64,000 nt of DNA. Source: Octopus sinensis (taxonomy: Eukaryota). Where the stretch lies: NCBI RefSeq assembly GCF_006345805.1, contig NC_043015.1:310001-374000 (forward strand), written 5' to 3'. Below are positions 40,141 through 53,872 of this stretch, piece after piece. A model generated the notes under the pieces. The model was not told where the DNA came from and searched no databases. It saw only the letters and a list, made by a program, of their open reading frames with translations. Within the stretch, counting starts at the first letter, position 1; the number at the start of each line of letters is the position of its first letter. The position numbers were made by a program, and so were the translations under genes.

Positions 40141-40734
40141 ATAGAGAGCAATAAGCTTTGAAACACCTCTTCTGAGACGTAACTAAGTTCTCTGATATAG
40201 AAGCGATATCGATGCTGTCATATCATTGTAGTTTTGGCTATGTTCAACGAATGCAGGAAAATGTTTTTTGAAGATCATCATCGATACCACAGTAGTCTTG
40301 GGAAACGGACTATCATATTAGACTTCACGAGAGACAGCGGCATATGTAGTCAACTATAATATGAGCAGTACGAATATGGTACCACGCAGCTACACGTGAC
40401 TGAAATTCGAGAGAGATAGCTAATCGATCCACTTGTGATTGTATGATTTCGATATTGCATATGGGTACACGATTATGTGCAATCGACGAAGTAACGTATC
40501 TGCGCAAACATACACACACACATACGCACACACATACACACACACACAAACACACATACAGACACACAAACACGCACATACACACATACACATGTATATA
40601 TCTAGACTAACAGATAGACAAACATATATATACACATTTATATATGTATATGTGTGTGTGTGTATGTGTCTGTGTGTGTGTATTATATGTTATTTATACA
40701 TATATATTTATTAAATATTATATAAATATATATA

Positions 40735-40886
40735 GACGTTCCCGTAACCTAGCGTTTCGCCAAAAGAGACCGATAGAATAAGTACTAGGCTTACAAAGAG
40801 TAAGTCCTGAGGTCGATTTGCTCGACTATAGGCGGTGCCCCAGCATGGCCACAGTCAAATGACTGAAACATCAAAGAGTAAAAGAA
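40735..40886 (+). mobile_element. SINE family A 3' part
   Basis: cccgtaacctagcg...cagtcaaatgactgaaac. Confidence 0.85.
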
Positions 40887-41246
40887 ATATATACATATAT
40901 TATATATACATATATATATATACCTACAAATATATATAGTATACACACACACACACACCATATATATATATATACATGTATATACTATATATATATATAT
41001 ATATTATATTAATATATATAAAGAAAAGAGAAGGATTGAAATAGATAAATCATAGATAGACAGTAGATATATAGATACCATTGTAAATGCAGAAGAACAT
41101 CTAAGAAGCATTTGTGTAATTACATAGAACATACACTCATTCACGGATAATCATCATCATATACACACTTCTAAGCCCGTGTGCGTGTATATATGTATTA
41201 TATATATATGGTTTATGCATGTGCGTCTGAATTATAATATATATAT

Positions 41247-41277
<31 letters not shown>

Positions 41278-41278
41278 C

Positions 41279-41343
<65 letters not shown>

Positions 41344-41729
41344 CTATATGTATGTATGTAATCACACATTCCCGGACTATTTAAGCAAATACGTAAATTT
41401 AGCTACGCCATTCATTTCGTTTTAATTTTATACACGGCTTTCCATCAACAGCTTGCTCACTAGAGAGAAGTAAAATACAAATAAGAAAATACGCAAATAG
41501 AAACTGTCTGTAAGCTTTATTGATCAATAGCAGGAACTAATTTTATTGAGAAGCAAAACCGAAGATAATTAGAGACATATATTTCTTTTGTAAAAATCTT
41601 CAAATTCTCTTACATTATATATGATTTAATTCTCATATTCGCTGGAAGAAATGAAATATATTATATTAAAGGATTTTTATATCCATGCAATGATATATGT
41701 ACATACACACATGCATGCATACATATACG

Positions 41730-41762
<33 letters not shown>

Positions 41763-41808
41763 GTATGTATTTATATATGTGTGTGTGTGCGTGTGTGTGT
41801 GTGTGTAG

Positions 41809-42085
41809 AGGCGCAATGGTCCAGTGGTTAGGGCAGCGGACTCGAGGTAGGAGGATCGCTGTTTCTATTCCCAGACCGGGCGTTGTGTGTGTTTATTGAG
41901 CGAAAACACCTAAAGCTCCACGAGCTCCGACAGGGGGTGGTGACGACCCTTATTGTACTCTCTTCCTGTTTCTTGAGTAACGCAGCGATGGATTGGCGTC
42001 CCGTCCAACTGGGGGGAACACATACGCCACAGAAACCGGGAAACCGGGCCCATGAGCCTTTCAAGGTTTGAAAAGGGCGCATAAA
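41809..42085 (+). mobile_element. SINE family C
   Basis: ggcgcaatggtccagtggttagggcagcggactcg head; tail ends aaaagggcgcat. Confidence 0.88.
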
Positions 42086-42749
42086 TAAAGATAATATACT
42101 TGTATGTATGTATGTATGTATGTATGTATGTATGTATGTATGTATGTATGTATGTATGTATGTATGTATGTATGTATGTATGTATGTATGTATGTATGTA
42201 TGTATGTATAAGTGCGAGTGTGTGTATGTGGGGGTGCGTGTGTGTTGGCAAGGCCGTGCGGTGAGAAGTTTGATTTCTAACAACGTGATTCCTGGTTCGG
42301 TTCCCTTGCTTGCCACATTGAACAACTTTCTCCCACTATAGCCCCGGCCTGTCCATACAAACCTTGTGAGTTGCCCGTTTTATATATATATATTAAAAAT
42401 TTATTGTTAATTTTATAAATGGAAAATTATGCATGTACATGTTATACAGCCAAGCTACCAATTTATTTTCAATATTTATATATGCGTCTGTGTTATTTTG
42501 TTTAAGGCCGCCACGAATTAGCGTTTCAGCAAAAGTAACCGATAATATATGTACCAGATTAAAAAGCAAAATCTATTGGTGTTGGGTTGTTCAACTAAAC
42601 CCCTGAAGGTGGTGTTCGAGCATAGCAGCACTCAAATGACTGAAACAAATAAACGGTGAAAATGTGTCCCTATATATGTATGTATGTGTTTATGCGTGTG
42701 TGTGTATGTGTGTGTGTATGTGTGTGTGTATGTGTGTGTGTGTGTGTGT

Positions 42750-43205
42750 GTGTGCATTTGTTTCTGTGTTTGCCCACCCCTCCACCATCGCTTGGCAACT
42801 GATCGTCGTGTGTTTACGAACCTGTTACTTAGAAATTTGAAAACAGAGACCGACAGAATAAGTGCCAGGCTTACAAAGAATAAGTCCTGGTGTCGATTTC
42901 TTCGAGTAAAAAGCGCTACTCCAGCATGGTCGCTGTCTAAATGGCTAAAACATGTTAAAGAATAAAGCGGCGAGCTGGCAGAAATGTTAGCACGCCGGGC
43001 CAAATGCTAAGCGGTATTTCGTCTGCCTCTACGTTCTGAGTTCAAATTTCGCCGAGGTTGACTTTGCCTTTCATTCTTTCGGGGTCGATAAATTAAGTAC
43101 TAGTTACGCACTGGGGTCTATGTAGTCGACTTAATCTCTTTGTCCTTGTTTGTCCCCTCTATTTTTAGCCCCTTGTGGGTAGTAAAGAAATATGAGACAT
43201 GCGAA
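42750..43205 (+). mobile_element. SINE A 3' part (42750-42965) with a full SINE B (42967-43192) at its tail
   Basis: Direct homology to other copies. Confidence 0.85.
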
Positions 43206-43432
43206 CGAATAAAAGAGTAAAAGAACTTTCACATGGTTATATTAAGCTGCACTGCCGGATTGCATTTTGTCACACTTCACACGTTGAGCGCTGTCGTGCA
43301 TGAGTGCACGATTTCATTAAAATAAGTTAGCGCATGACACTCTTACATTTTGCAACGTAAGCAGCCTCGGTAATGATTTCCACATATAAACCATTTATAC
43401 ATCACCAATAAACACGTATGCCGGTCATATAT

Positions 43433-43842
43433 ATACTCTTTTACTTGCTTTAGTCATTTGACAATGGCCATGCTGGAGCACCGCCTTTAGTCGAGCAAAT
43501 CGACCCCAGGAATTATTCTTTGGAAGCCTAGTACTTATTCTATCGGTATCTTTCGCCGAATCGCTAAGTTACGAGGACGTAAACTCACCAGCATCGGTTG
43601 TCAAGCGATGCAGGGGGGACAAATACAGACACACAAACATACACACACACACACACATACACACTATATATATATATATATATATACGACGGGCTTCTTT
43701 CAGTTTCCATCTACCAAATCCACTCACAAGGTTCGGTCGGCCCGAGGCTATAATAGAAGACACTTGCCCAATGTGCCACGCAGTGGGACTGAACCCGAAC
43801 CATGCGGTTCGAAGCAAGCTACTTGCCACACAGCCACTCCTA
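43433..43842 (-). mobile_element. SINE family A, full length
   Basis: All modules present. Confidence 0.92.
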
Positions 43843-43889
43843 AGCAACTTTATTTACCGTTGGATATTTAATGAGCAAAGAGGACAAAT

Positions 43890-44330
43890 CTATTAGTGAA
43901 GACAATTTGGTTTATGAAAAGATGAAATTGGCGAGTCAAGTTTCGGTGCTTTGATCTTGGAAGTGTCTACGCGTCAACAGGTCATCGTTGCAGGGCATGA
44001 CACTAAGTCCATCTGATACCCATTGAGCATAAACGGAAGGAGAACTGTTTGAAGACTTGGAGTCTCGGAACATGCATGTTGATGACGACTGGGAATATTA
44101 ACACTTTATCGAAGTGGCTAGCGAAAATTTCTGTGAAAAAGTTACAAATGCAGATGAAAAGAGAGCCCTGGTTATTCAGTGTGGATATTTCAGGAAAGGA
44201 ATAATTAGTGCGTGTGTGAATGGATGTTACTATGGAGTTTTTGATAGACGAAAGATGTCAGAGGAGAGAGGTGGGTTCGTGTATGGCTGTGTAGACAAGG
44301 TTCTGATTGGGGCAGGAAGAAATCCTTAGA
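43890..44330 (-). mobile_element. Decayed LINE reverse-transcriptase N-terminal fragment (CR1/Jockey-like)
   Basis: Minus-strand PLSSDIFRLS...HALIIPFLK...DDLLT resembles RT domains 0-2; multiple stops. Confidence 0.4.
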
Positions 44331-44666
44331 TAAGTGTGACAATAAACACAACGACAAAATAACAAATATACATGTATATCTGCGCATGCGCGCGCACTCA
44401 CATACACAGACACACACACATTCACACATGTATATATATATACATGCAACATACAGACATATATCTATATATATTCCATGCATATTTACAAGTACATACA
44501 CATCTGTGTATACAAATACCTATACATATGTATACATACACGCATACCTACATTCATGCGTACATATATACATGCACGTATACATATATACATGCATACA
44601 TGCATGCATGCGTACATCATACATACATACATACATACATACATACATACATACATACATACATAC

Positions 44667-44803
44667 ATTATGGCTGACCCCCTCGTTATCGAGTATGGCC
44701 ATTGCACGAAGCTTAACTGTTACTGGTGCTGTGATCGAATGTGACATTTTAGCCCAGCCAAAGATCTACAATGTCTTGTACAGAATTGGCAAGTGTCTAA
44801 GCA
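44667..44803 (-). mobile_element. RTE-clade LINE extreme 3' end with (ATGT)n tail
   Basis: CQFCTRHCRSLAGLKCHIRSQH then stop; short UTR atggccatactcgataacgagggg with a small hairpin; then microsatellite. Confidence 0.65.
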
Positions 44804-45612
44804 TTGATTGATTGATTGATTAAATTGATTAACATACATACATACATGCATACATACATATATACATACATGCATATATACATACATGCATACATACACA
44901 CATGCATACATACAAAGATGTTCACATACATACATATATACATACATGCTTACATACATGCATGCATACACATATATGTACGCATACATACATGCATGCA
45001 TGCATAAGTACGGGCATACATAGAAAATTTTACTGTATGTGATTCCAGTAATTTGTATACTACTTTGATGGGCCAGAGTTGTTTTACCTTTTAAAAGATC
45101 AGCTTAAATCTGCTACTTTATTCATTCTCGTTTGTACTATATTGATCTGTATTTCATAAGTATCTAGACGCAAAGGCATTTCAAGTGAAAGAAATCCGGT
45201 GTTTATAGATAAACGGAAAACAAATTATGAAGTTTTTGTACCATTACTTGGAGTGTAACCGTCTTGTGCTACGTGAAAATTAAATGATTCCTTGTATGGG
45301 CTAAAGTGTTGGTGCATAAACCAAAGCGTGATTAGATTGTATATGAGAAAATACAGCGTGAAGGTGAGCAATAAATAAAGGAAAACTAATAATTTAAAAA
45401 TTTTATTGTTTTATTTATTATTCGTTACACAAGTTGCTTCTTCTCTGATATAAAGGCATTGCGGAAGATCAGTCTTGGAGGTTTATCTGAAAATATACAA
45501 AAAATATATATATATAATTCAAAATTCAGGTAACTTTTAACAATGTAATAAGTGAGTTTTAACACGCACATACACGTATACAAATATACACGCATATATA
45601 GAAACATAATAT

Positions 45613-46010
45613 ATACTCTTTACTCTTTTACTTGTTTCAGTCATTTGAATGTGGCCATGCTGGAGCACCGCCTTTAGTCGAGCAAATCGACTCCAGGACT
45701 TATTCTTTGTAAGCCTGGTAATTATTCTATCGGATCTCTTTTGTCGAACCGGTGAGTTATGGGGACGTAAACACACTAGCATCGATGTCAAGCGATGTTG
45801 GTGGGGAGGACAAACACAGACACACATACACATATATATACATATATACGACGGGCTTCTTTCAGTTTCCGTCTACCAAATCCACTTACAAGGCTTTAGT
45901 TGGCCTGAGGCTATAGTAGAAGACACTTTCCCAAGGTGCCACGCAGTGGGGCTGAACCCGGAACCATGTGGTTCGTAAGCAAGCTACTTACCACACAGCA
46001 ACTCCTACGC
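45613..46010 (-). mobile_element. SINE family A, full length
   Basis: All modules present. Confidence 0.92.
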
Positions 46011-46079
46011 TATAAATATATGCATACATACATGCATGTATATATACATATATACATGCATGCATACACGATTTTTGGG

Positions 46080-46620
46080 TAAACGGTAAACACTACCTTC
46101 GGTCATGAATTTCCATGGGAATGCACTCAAGAAAGTTACCCTACGAGGCACAAATCCGGTCAAGGTTGTTTATGGAAGACCAGCAGTTGCTCATGCATTG
46201 AAACCTATGATACTCACGCCAACGGCGTTATCCAAGGGAAAGCCATAGAGCTGGGCACTAGTAACTGTTTTTTTATTGCCCACAAGGGGCTAAACATAGA
46301 GGGGACAAACAAGGACAGACAAACGGATTAAGTCGATTACATCGACCCCAGTGCGTAACTGGTACTTAATTTACCGACCCCGAAAGGATGAAAGGCAAAG
46401 TCTACCTCGGCGGAATTTGAACTCAGAACGTAGCGGCAGACGAAATACTGCTAAGCATTTCGCCCGGCGCGCTAACGTTTCTGCCAGCTCGACATCTTGG
46501 GCACTAGTAACTCGCAACTAACTTCTTCAGCTGAGTGAACTGGAGCAACGTGAAATAAAGTACCTTGCTGAAGATCACAACACACAGCTAGGTCCGGGAA
46601 TCGAACCAACTGTCTCGTGA
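46080..46620 (-). mobile_element. SINE family D interrupted by SINE B
   Basis: cagctgagtgaactggagcaacgtgaaataaag block and B box (ccgggaatcgaacc) at 46527-46607. Confidence 0.75.
46267..46497 (-). mobile_element. Young SINE family B with 15-bp TSD
   Basis: TGGGCACTAGTAACT at 46252-46266 and 46498-46512. Confidence 0.95.
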
Positions 46621-46978
46621 AAATTCGCCAAGAATACACGTGTTGTTACATTTTTGAAGTGACCGCAAGTGGAAGAAGAAAGAGAAAGTGGTATCTGAGA
46701 CAGGAGAGTATAAAGATGGTCAGTATATGTGCGTGTGTGTGTGTGTGTGTGTGTGTGGTAGAGTGTGCGTGTGTGTAGCGTGTGTGTCTGTGTTGAGCCT
46801 GTGTCTGTCGTAGTAACTGTGTGTGTGTTTGTGTTTGTGAGTCGTCTGTGTATATGTGTGTGTATGTGTGTGTGGTATCGTGTGTGTGTGTGTATATATG
46901 TGTGTGTGTTAGGGTGTGTGCGTCGTAGCCTGTATCTGTCGTAGTAACCTTATGTGTATGTTTGTGTTTGTGTGAGTC

Positions 46979-47009
<31 letters not shown>

Positions 47010-47258
47010 GTAGTATCTGTGTGCGTGTGTGTTAGCGTTAGTGTATATGTCGCTGTGAGAGGTCAATAGCAAGTCAGCAGCTATAGAGAGAAGGTGTGTT
47101 AAAGGGTGTGACTCTATGTACGTGCGTGTGTGTGTGCGTGTATGTGTGTGTGCGTGCGTGTATGTGTGTGTGCGTGTGTGTGTGTGTGTGATTGCATGTG
47201 TGCGAAGACAGAATGGTCAATAGTGAGTCAGCAGCAGTTTGGAAAGATGTGGAGTGGG

Positions 47259-47362
<104 letters not shown>

Positions 47363-47789
47363 TTATATCCAGTTCAAATTAATACAAAAACAAAGATGAA
47401 GACAGGTGTAGGGACAACAAGTAAGTGTATTAATTTGACATACGTACTCACACACACATATGTGTGTGTGTGTACATGTGTCCGTCTGGGTATGTGTGCA
47501 CATTTAAGCATGTGAGTATGTGTGTGACCGGGCATGTGTGTGTGCGCGTGAATGTATGGTGCGTGTGTGCGAGTGGATGTGTGTATGTGTGTGTGTGTGT
47601 GTGCGGTGTGTGCGCGGTGTGAGGGGCGGAATGACAACGTTCTGTACGTTGGTAAAGTTATTACTGTATATGTGTTTGTGTGTGTGCGTATGGATATGTA
47701 TGTATGTGTGAGTGTGTGTATATGTATATGTGCGTATGGGTGTGTATGGTGGTGGGTATATGGTTTGTGGGGAAGGGCACTGGGGGTGT

Positions 47790-48275
47790 TGTGTTGAGTT
47801 CGAAAGGAGTTCGAGTACTTAGAGCGAAAATGTAGCGATGTTTCAAACGGAGTCTAGAGTTGGTGTATCCATTGTGTAGGGCAAGGCAGCCGATGGTGAG
47901 GTCTGATGTGGAGTGGCCGGCCAATCGAAAATGACGGGCGTAGGTGTTCGGTGAACAGGTCGGCAAGCCGAAAGCCCGTCTGACCAACATAAAGCTTTTA
48001 GTAAAGATTGCACATGAGACAGTAAATAAGTTCTGAAGACGTGCAGGAGGAGTTCCTAATGTAGAGGGTGTGCTGGTTGGATCAAGTGAGGGAGGTGTTG
48101 TTAGTGATGAAAGGACAGGTGTGGAAACAGGGTATGGAGCAAGAGAAGGGTCTGGGTTAAGTGGGAATGGAGGAGGCCTGGGAGTTACGGACCAGCAGAT
48201 CGCATAGATTACGGGCGCGTTTGAATGAGGCCAAGGATGTGTTGGAGAAAATTAGGAGTGTGGTGGGATCTAGCT
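47790..48275 (-). mobile_element. Penelope-like retroelement fragment (linker and GIY-YIG endonuclease), decayed
   Basis: Minus strand: SFKRARNLCDLLVRN; C..PC.HTCPF; SCTSSELIYCLMC..*KLYVGQTG; ARHFRLAGHSTSDL...YIFALSTRTPFELN. Contains stops and frameshifts. Confidence 0.85.
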
Positions 48276-48463
48276 GGCGACAACGGAAGACTCATAGGAT
48301 CTTCCGACGGAGATCCTTTGTTTCTCTCGCTGTTTGCGCATTGAACACATTTGCTTTCGTATTTCATGCTGTTTACTGTTTAGTTACGTCCTGTAACCAT
48401 ATATGCATGTGTATATATATGTATATATGTATATATGTATGTATTTTTGATGTATGTTATATA

Positions 48464-48511
<48 letters not shown>

Positions 48512-49936
48512 TATATATATATATATAATATACTACGTATATGGGAAATTCAGTCTGTGGGTGTGTTGTGGACATCTTGCAGAACTCTGCTCAACCGAGA
48601 CCCAGGCCACTGGATTGTTGGCACAAAATATACAAAATATTGATATTAAACCGGGCAATCGATTATGTAGACCATCCAAGTAATAAAGCCTTTCTTGGAT
48701 TTGAAATAAGAACTCATTGAAGCAAGGAATCTTGTCTGATGCTCATATATTCCAGCGTGTTCAACAATAATTTGAAACTCCGAGTTGGCTTCGGTCATTG
48801 TTGAACATAGAACCACTGAGCCGGAACATATTCTGTGAAGCATTATCTTCCACGTTCTAATGAAATTTGCAATTCACCGCACCTATTCGTTACTTTTTGT
48901 GCAGGGCAACAATCCATTCAAGCCGTTCTGACTGAGACCATCCAGTCTTGTTATGCATATCTAGGACCACATTCTGTCCTCCATCTTTTTCAGACGGTCC
49001 TACGTACTTTTACTAGAGTGCGGAGTAGATTTGGCTGCTATTACTAGCATAGGAAACGACCGCACAGAGGCGCCCCGTTAACTTGTTGAAGAGCATTTTA
49101 ATGTTTCTATAATTCATTTTAGTTGCAGTTTCGCAACAGCCAATAAAAATCAATAGCAAGTTTTATTTCATTTTACATGTGTAATTTATATTTATTTTAT
49201 TTATTTCTTTTTCAATCTCAGAGGTGAAGCCTGGAATTTTAATCACTAGCAGATGATGAATCTCGCGTTGATTGATCTGTCTTGGCAAGGGTCATCTCTG
49301 AAAAGTGGCAAACATCAAGTCATAACCCTTCGCTGACTAATAACCAGATGAAATTATTATATCGCCATGTGACGTATGAAAGTGAATGGCATAAAAATAG
49401 AGAAAATAAATTAATAAATACCAGCCTTGCTAAGTCGGTTTAATTTTTGAAAATATTAATATTTATATATTGCTGTATATCTATACAATATTTAAATAAA
49501 CGGTCAGGGATCTTCGAGGGTATAACAAGTACTTCAGATGCGATTTTTGAATTCAGAAATTCTAAACGTGTATGTCAATCACTTTCAAGGTTTCTCAAAG
49601 TTCATTGTCCTTTTAGTACTGGTTCTCTCTTCTTCTCTCTTCTCTATTTCTCTCTCACTTTCTCTTTCTCTCTCTCTCTATCACTTTTATATATATATAT
49701 AATATATATATATATATAATATATAATATATATATATATATTATATATATATATATATATTTACATACACATATTTCCTTACTGTTATGACAACAATCAA
49801 TTATATCTATATACACATACACACACGCATATATACACATACACACCACATATATACATCTACTCATACAAATGTATATGTATATATGTATACATGTGTG
49901 TGTGTGTATGTGTGTGTGTAGAGAGAGAGAGAGAGA

Positions 49937-50185
49937 GGCGCGTGGCTTAGTGGTTAGGGTGTCAGCATCATGATCGTAAGATTGTGGTTTCGATTCCCTG
50001 ACCGGGCGACGCGTTGTGTTCTTGAGCAAAACACTCCGTTTCACGTCGCTCCAGTCCACTCAGCTGGCAAAAATGAGAAACGCTGCGATGGATTGGAATC
50101 CCATCTAGCTGCGGAACACATACGTCACGGAAACCGAGAAACCTGGCCCATGAGCCAGGCTAGGCTTTCAAAAGGGCGCATTTAT
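49937..50185 (+). mobile_element. SINE family D (short-tail variant)
   Basis: ggcgcgtggcttagtggttaggg head; ttgtgttcttgagcaaaacact core; tail shared with the family C copy at 41985-42085. Confidence 0.85.
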
Positions 50186-50464
50186 TTATTTTTATATACA
50201 TATTTTATATATAAAAATACAAAATCGGGAAAAAATATTCAGATAGATGATACAAAGAAAACAAGGACGGGTCATTCGGAGTTTTCTTTCCTCATTCGAG
50301 TTCCAGATTATTTTTGCAGCTTCGGCTGTTTATACTCGAGATTGTTCAAATCTGGCCAACCCCAAGGAAAAACTAAGCAAAAGCATTAGATTTCTGGAAG
50401 CAAGCAGTGAATGTATACGAAAACATGGACGGAAAAAAAACTATATATATATATACACTATATA

Positions 50465-50547
<83 letters not shown>

Positions 50548-50923
50548 TATGATAGATAGATAGATAGATAGAGAGCGAGAAAGAGAGGGAGAGAAAGAGA
50601 GAGAGAGAGAGAGACAAACAGACAGACAGATAGAGAGTTTCAAGTTTTTGACATAAATGCACAAATTCTAGTTGGAGCAGAGTGTTAAATCGATTACATC
50701 ATCCCAAGTACATAACTGGTAGTTATTTTATCGACCCGGAAATGATGAGTGGCAAAGTCAACCTCGGTGGCATTTGAACGTAAAGATGGACGAAATGCCA
50801 GGTTTTTAGAAAGGAATAATGGATCGATTCATTCGACTGACATTCTTCAAGCCGGTGTCCCATCAGACATAGACAGACCCTCCACCCCTCTATCATTTAC
50901 CCGATGGGGCTTCCATGACGACC

Positions 50924-51330
50924 GGCGTAGGAGTGGCTGTGAGGTAAGTAGCTTGCCTACCAACCACATGGTTCCGAGTTCAGTCCCACTGCGTGGCGAC
51001 TTGTGCAAGTGTCTTCTACTATAGCCTCGGGCCGACCAAAGCCTAGGAGTGGATTTGGTAGACTGAAACTGAAAGAAGCCCGTCGTATATATGTATATAT
51101 ATGTTTGTGTGTGTTTGAGGATGATTGTGTGTCTGTGTTTATCACCCCAACATCGCTTGACAACCGATGCTTGTGTGTTTGCATCCCCGTAACTTAGTGG
51201 TTCGGCAAAAAAAACCGATAGAAAAATTACTAGGCTTACAAAGAGTAAGTCCTGAGGTCGATTTGCTCAACTAAAGGCGGTGCTCCAGCATGGCCACAGT
51301 CAAATGACAGAAACAAGTAAAAGAGTAAAG
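50924..51330 (+). mobile_element. SINE family A, full length
   Basis: ggcgtaggagtggctgtgaggtaag to aacaagtaaaagagtaaag. Confidence 0.93.
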
Positions 51331-52239
51331 AGAGATAGAGATAGAGTAGATTACACCAGAGCTCATACCTAAAGAATGAAAGCATCACTCGATCCAGAAT
51401 TCGAACTTAGTTTTCCGATAGGAGGCAAATAACCTTACTAATACGCCAAGCGCTTTCATGCATAGATGTGTGTGGGTCCGTATACGTATTTATGTGTGTA
51501 TGCTGCATATCTAAAGAGGAGCTGGCATATGACAGTGTAAACATAAAGAAATTCGTATCTTTATGATTTGGGTATCATATTACCAAATTAATATTTGCGT
51601 CCGCATTCATTTAAACCGTGCGATTAAAATATAATTGCTATAGATTTGTATGTTAAGAAAACATATCAAATATACTTTATACACACACATGTCGAATGAT
51701 GTCTACATATTTTTATTGCTAACTTTCATGACAAAAGAAGATAAAATAAAATGTTATAAAGGAGGAGTAAGACACACGAATAGACTCATATGTAATGGTA
51801 GCAGATGCGTAAGAAAGCATAAATAAACATATATAAACAGACAAAGACTGGAAAACAGAGGTGACATATTTTGACCGAGGTCAAGCGATCAACGAAGAAT
51901 TATAATAGTGCTATCTGTATGAAATTTCAGGAAGATAAAAAAGGTATAATACATATTATAAAATGTATTATATTTTATAATATTTTGTATACATATCATA
52001 AAATGTATGTTGATAACATTCTTAAAGTCACTCCTGGAATTTTCTTAGTAACTGGGTAGTAAGAGTGCAACGAATATTCTCATATTTCTGTGCGGTTATT
52101 TCAATAAAACAAAAATATACTTTCACAATATACATATGTACATACATACATACATACATACAAAAAACTTCCTGTTAATGTTGTTGAAATTCTAATGTAG
52201 AAGCCTTAGATCTAAGTCAGAAATCGAACCTTGTACTAT

Positions 52240-52590
52240 TGGCATGAAAATCTTGAAATACAACTAAATAATGACAGTTGTTCTACGAAGTTTGAAAGAG
52301 AGAAAATGAAGCACAAGATGATCAAGAGAAGGCTTTTAAAGAATGAACCTGTGGAAAATGAGGGAGTGTTGCATTTTTTATGTGTGTGATTTGTGGGAGG
52401 GAATGCTTGAGCCTTACACGACTGGCCATCCATCAGAGAACTCACAGGAATCAACAGAACATGCGCAACATGAGAAAAGGTGTGTCTTTCAGTTGGAGGA
52501 TTGAGAAGGCATGTCATATGAGTTCATACTGTGGAACCTGTTCATTCTGCCAGAGTGCACAGCTCTACATTGTACAATAGAATGTGCAAA
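52240..52590 (+). mobile_element. Decayed RTE-like LINE ORF C-terminus with C2H2 finger
   Basis: KFEREKMKHKMIKRRLLK, frameshift, then CVICGRECLSLTRLAIHQRTH (C-x2-C-x12-H-x3-H). Confidence 0.55.
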
Positions 52591-52697
52591 AATTTTGCCG
52601 AACCGCTAAGTTACGGGGACGTAAATACACCAGCATCGACTGTCAAGCGATGTTGGGGGGACAAACACGGACACACAAACATATACACACACCATGC

Positions 52698-52748
<51 letters not shown>

Positions 52749-53055
52749 AGGCGCGTGGCTTATTGGTTTGGGCATTCGGCTCACGATGTAGGTTGTGAGT
52801 TCGATCCCGGCGACGCGTTGTGTCCTTGAGCAAGACACTTTATTTCACGTTGCTCCATCCACTCAGCTGGCAAACATGAGTTGTACTTGTATTTCAAAGG
52901 GTCAGCCTTGTACTCTCTGTGTCACGTGGTTATCCCCGAGAAATACGTTAAGGGTACACGTGTCTGTGGAATGCTCAGCCATTTGCACGTTAATTTCACG
53001 AGCAAGCTGTTCCGTTGATCGTATCAGCTGGGACCTCGCGTCGTACACCGGCGAG
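52749..53055 (+). mobile_element. SINE family D (long-tail variant)
   Basis: tRNA head and gtgtccttgagcaagacact core; homologous to 56500-56817. Confidence 0.88.
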
Positions 53056-53057
53056 TC

Positions 53058-53092
<35 letters not shown>

Positions 53093-53119
53093 TGATATAT
53101 ATATTCTCACTTCTCTTTT

Positions 53120-53872
53120 CTCTCTTTTACTTGTTTCAGTCATTTGACTGCGGCCATGCTGGAGCACCGCCTTTTAGTCGAGCAAATCGACCCCGGGACT
53201 TATTCTTTGTAAGCCCAGTATTTATTCTACCGGTCTCATTTGCCGAACGGGGACGTAAACACACCAGCATCGGTTGTCAAGCAATGCTAGGGGGACAAAC
53301 ACAGACACACACATATATATATATATATATATACATATATACGACAGGCTTCTTTCAGTTTCCGTCTACCAAATGCACTCACAAGGCATTGGTCGGCCCG
53401 GGGCTATAGCAGAAGACACTTGCCCAAGATGCCACGCAGTGGGACTGAACCCGGAACCATGTGGTTGGTTAGCAAGCTACTTACCACACAGCCACTCCAT
53501 ATATATACTGTTGTGTTTGGGGAGAGTGCCTTATTATTTAACACACTCACCGGTAAAATTTCCACTTTTTTTCTTATTTTTATTGTCCTAAAATTTTCGT
53601 TCCGTCTCGCAAATCTACTCACAAGGCTTTGTTCGGCCCGAGGCTATAGTGGAAGGTACTTTCCCAAAGTGCCACGCAGTGGGACTGAACCTGGACCCAT
53701 GTGGTATGTATATATGTATGTACTTCTTTTCGTTTCCGTCTCGCTAATCCACTCACGAGGATTTTGTCGATCCGTATCTGTGGTAGAAGAAACTTGCCTA
53801 AGGTGGCCAGCAGTGGCACTGAACCCACAACCATGTGGTTGGGAAGAAAGCTTCTTACCGTACAGCCACACC
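53120..53872 (-). mobile_element. Cluster of SINE family A copies (53120-53500 full; 53590-53705 and 53725-53872 partial)
   Basis: Repeated head and body modules. Confidence 0.85.

Noticed and set aside
52380-52580. Host C2H2 zinc-finger gene exon
   Set aside because: Single finger with no TGEKP linker, preceded via a frameshift by a FE..K..KR basic segment typical of RTE LINE ORF ends.
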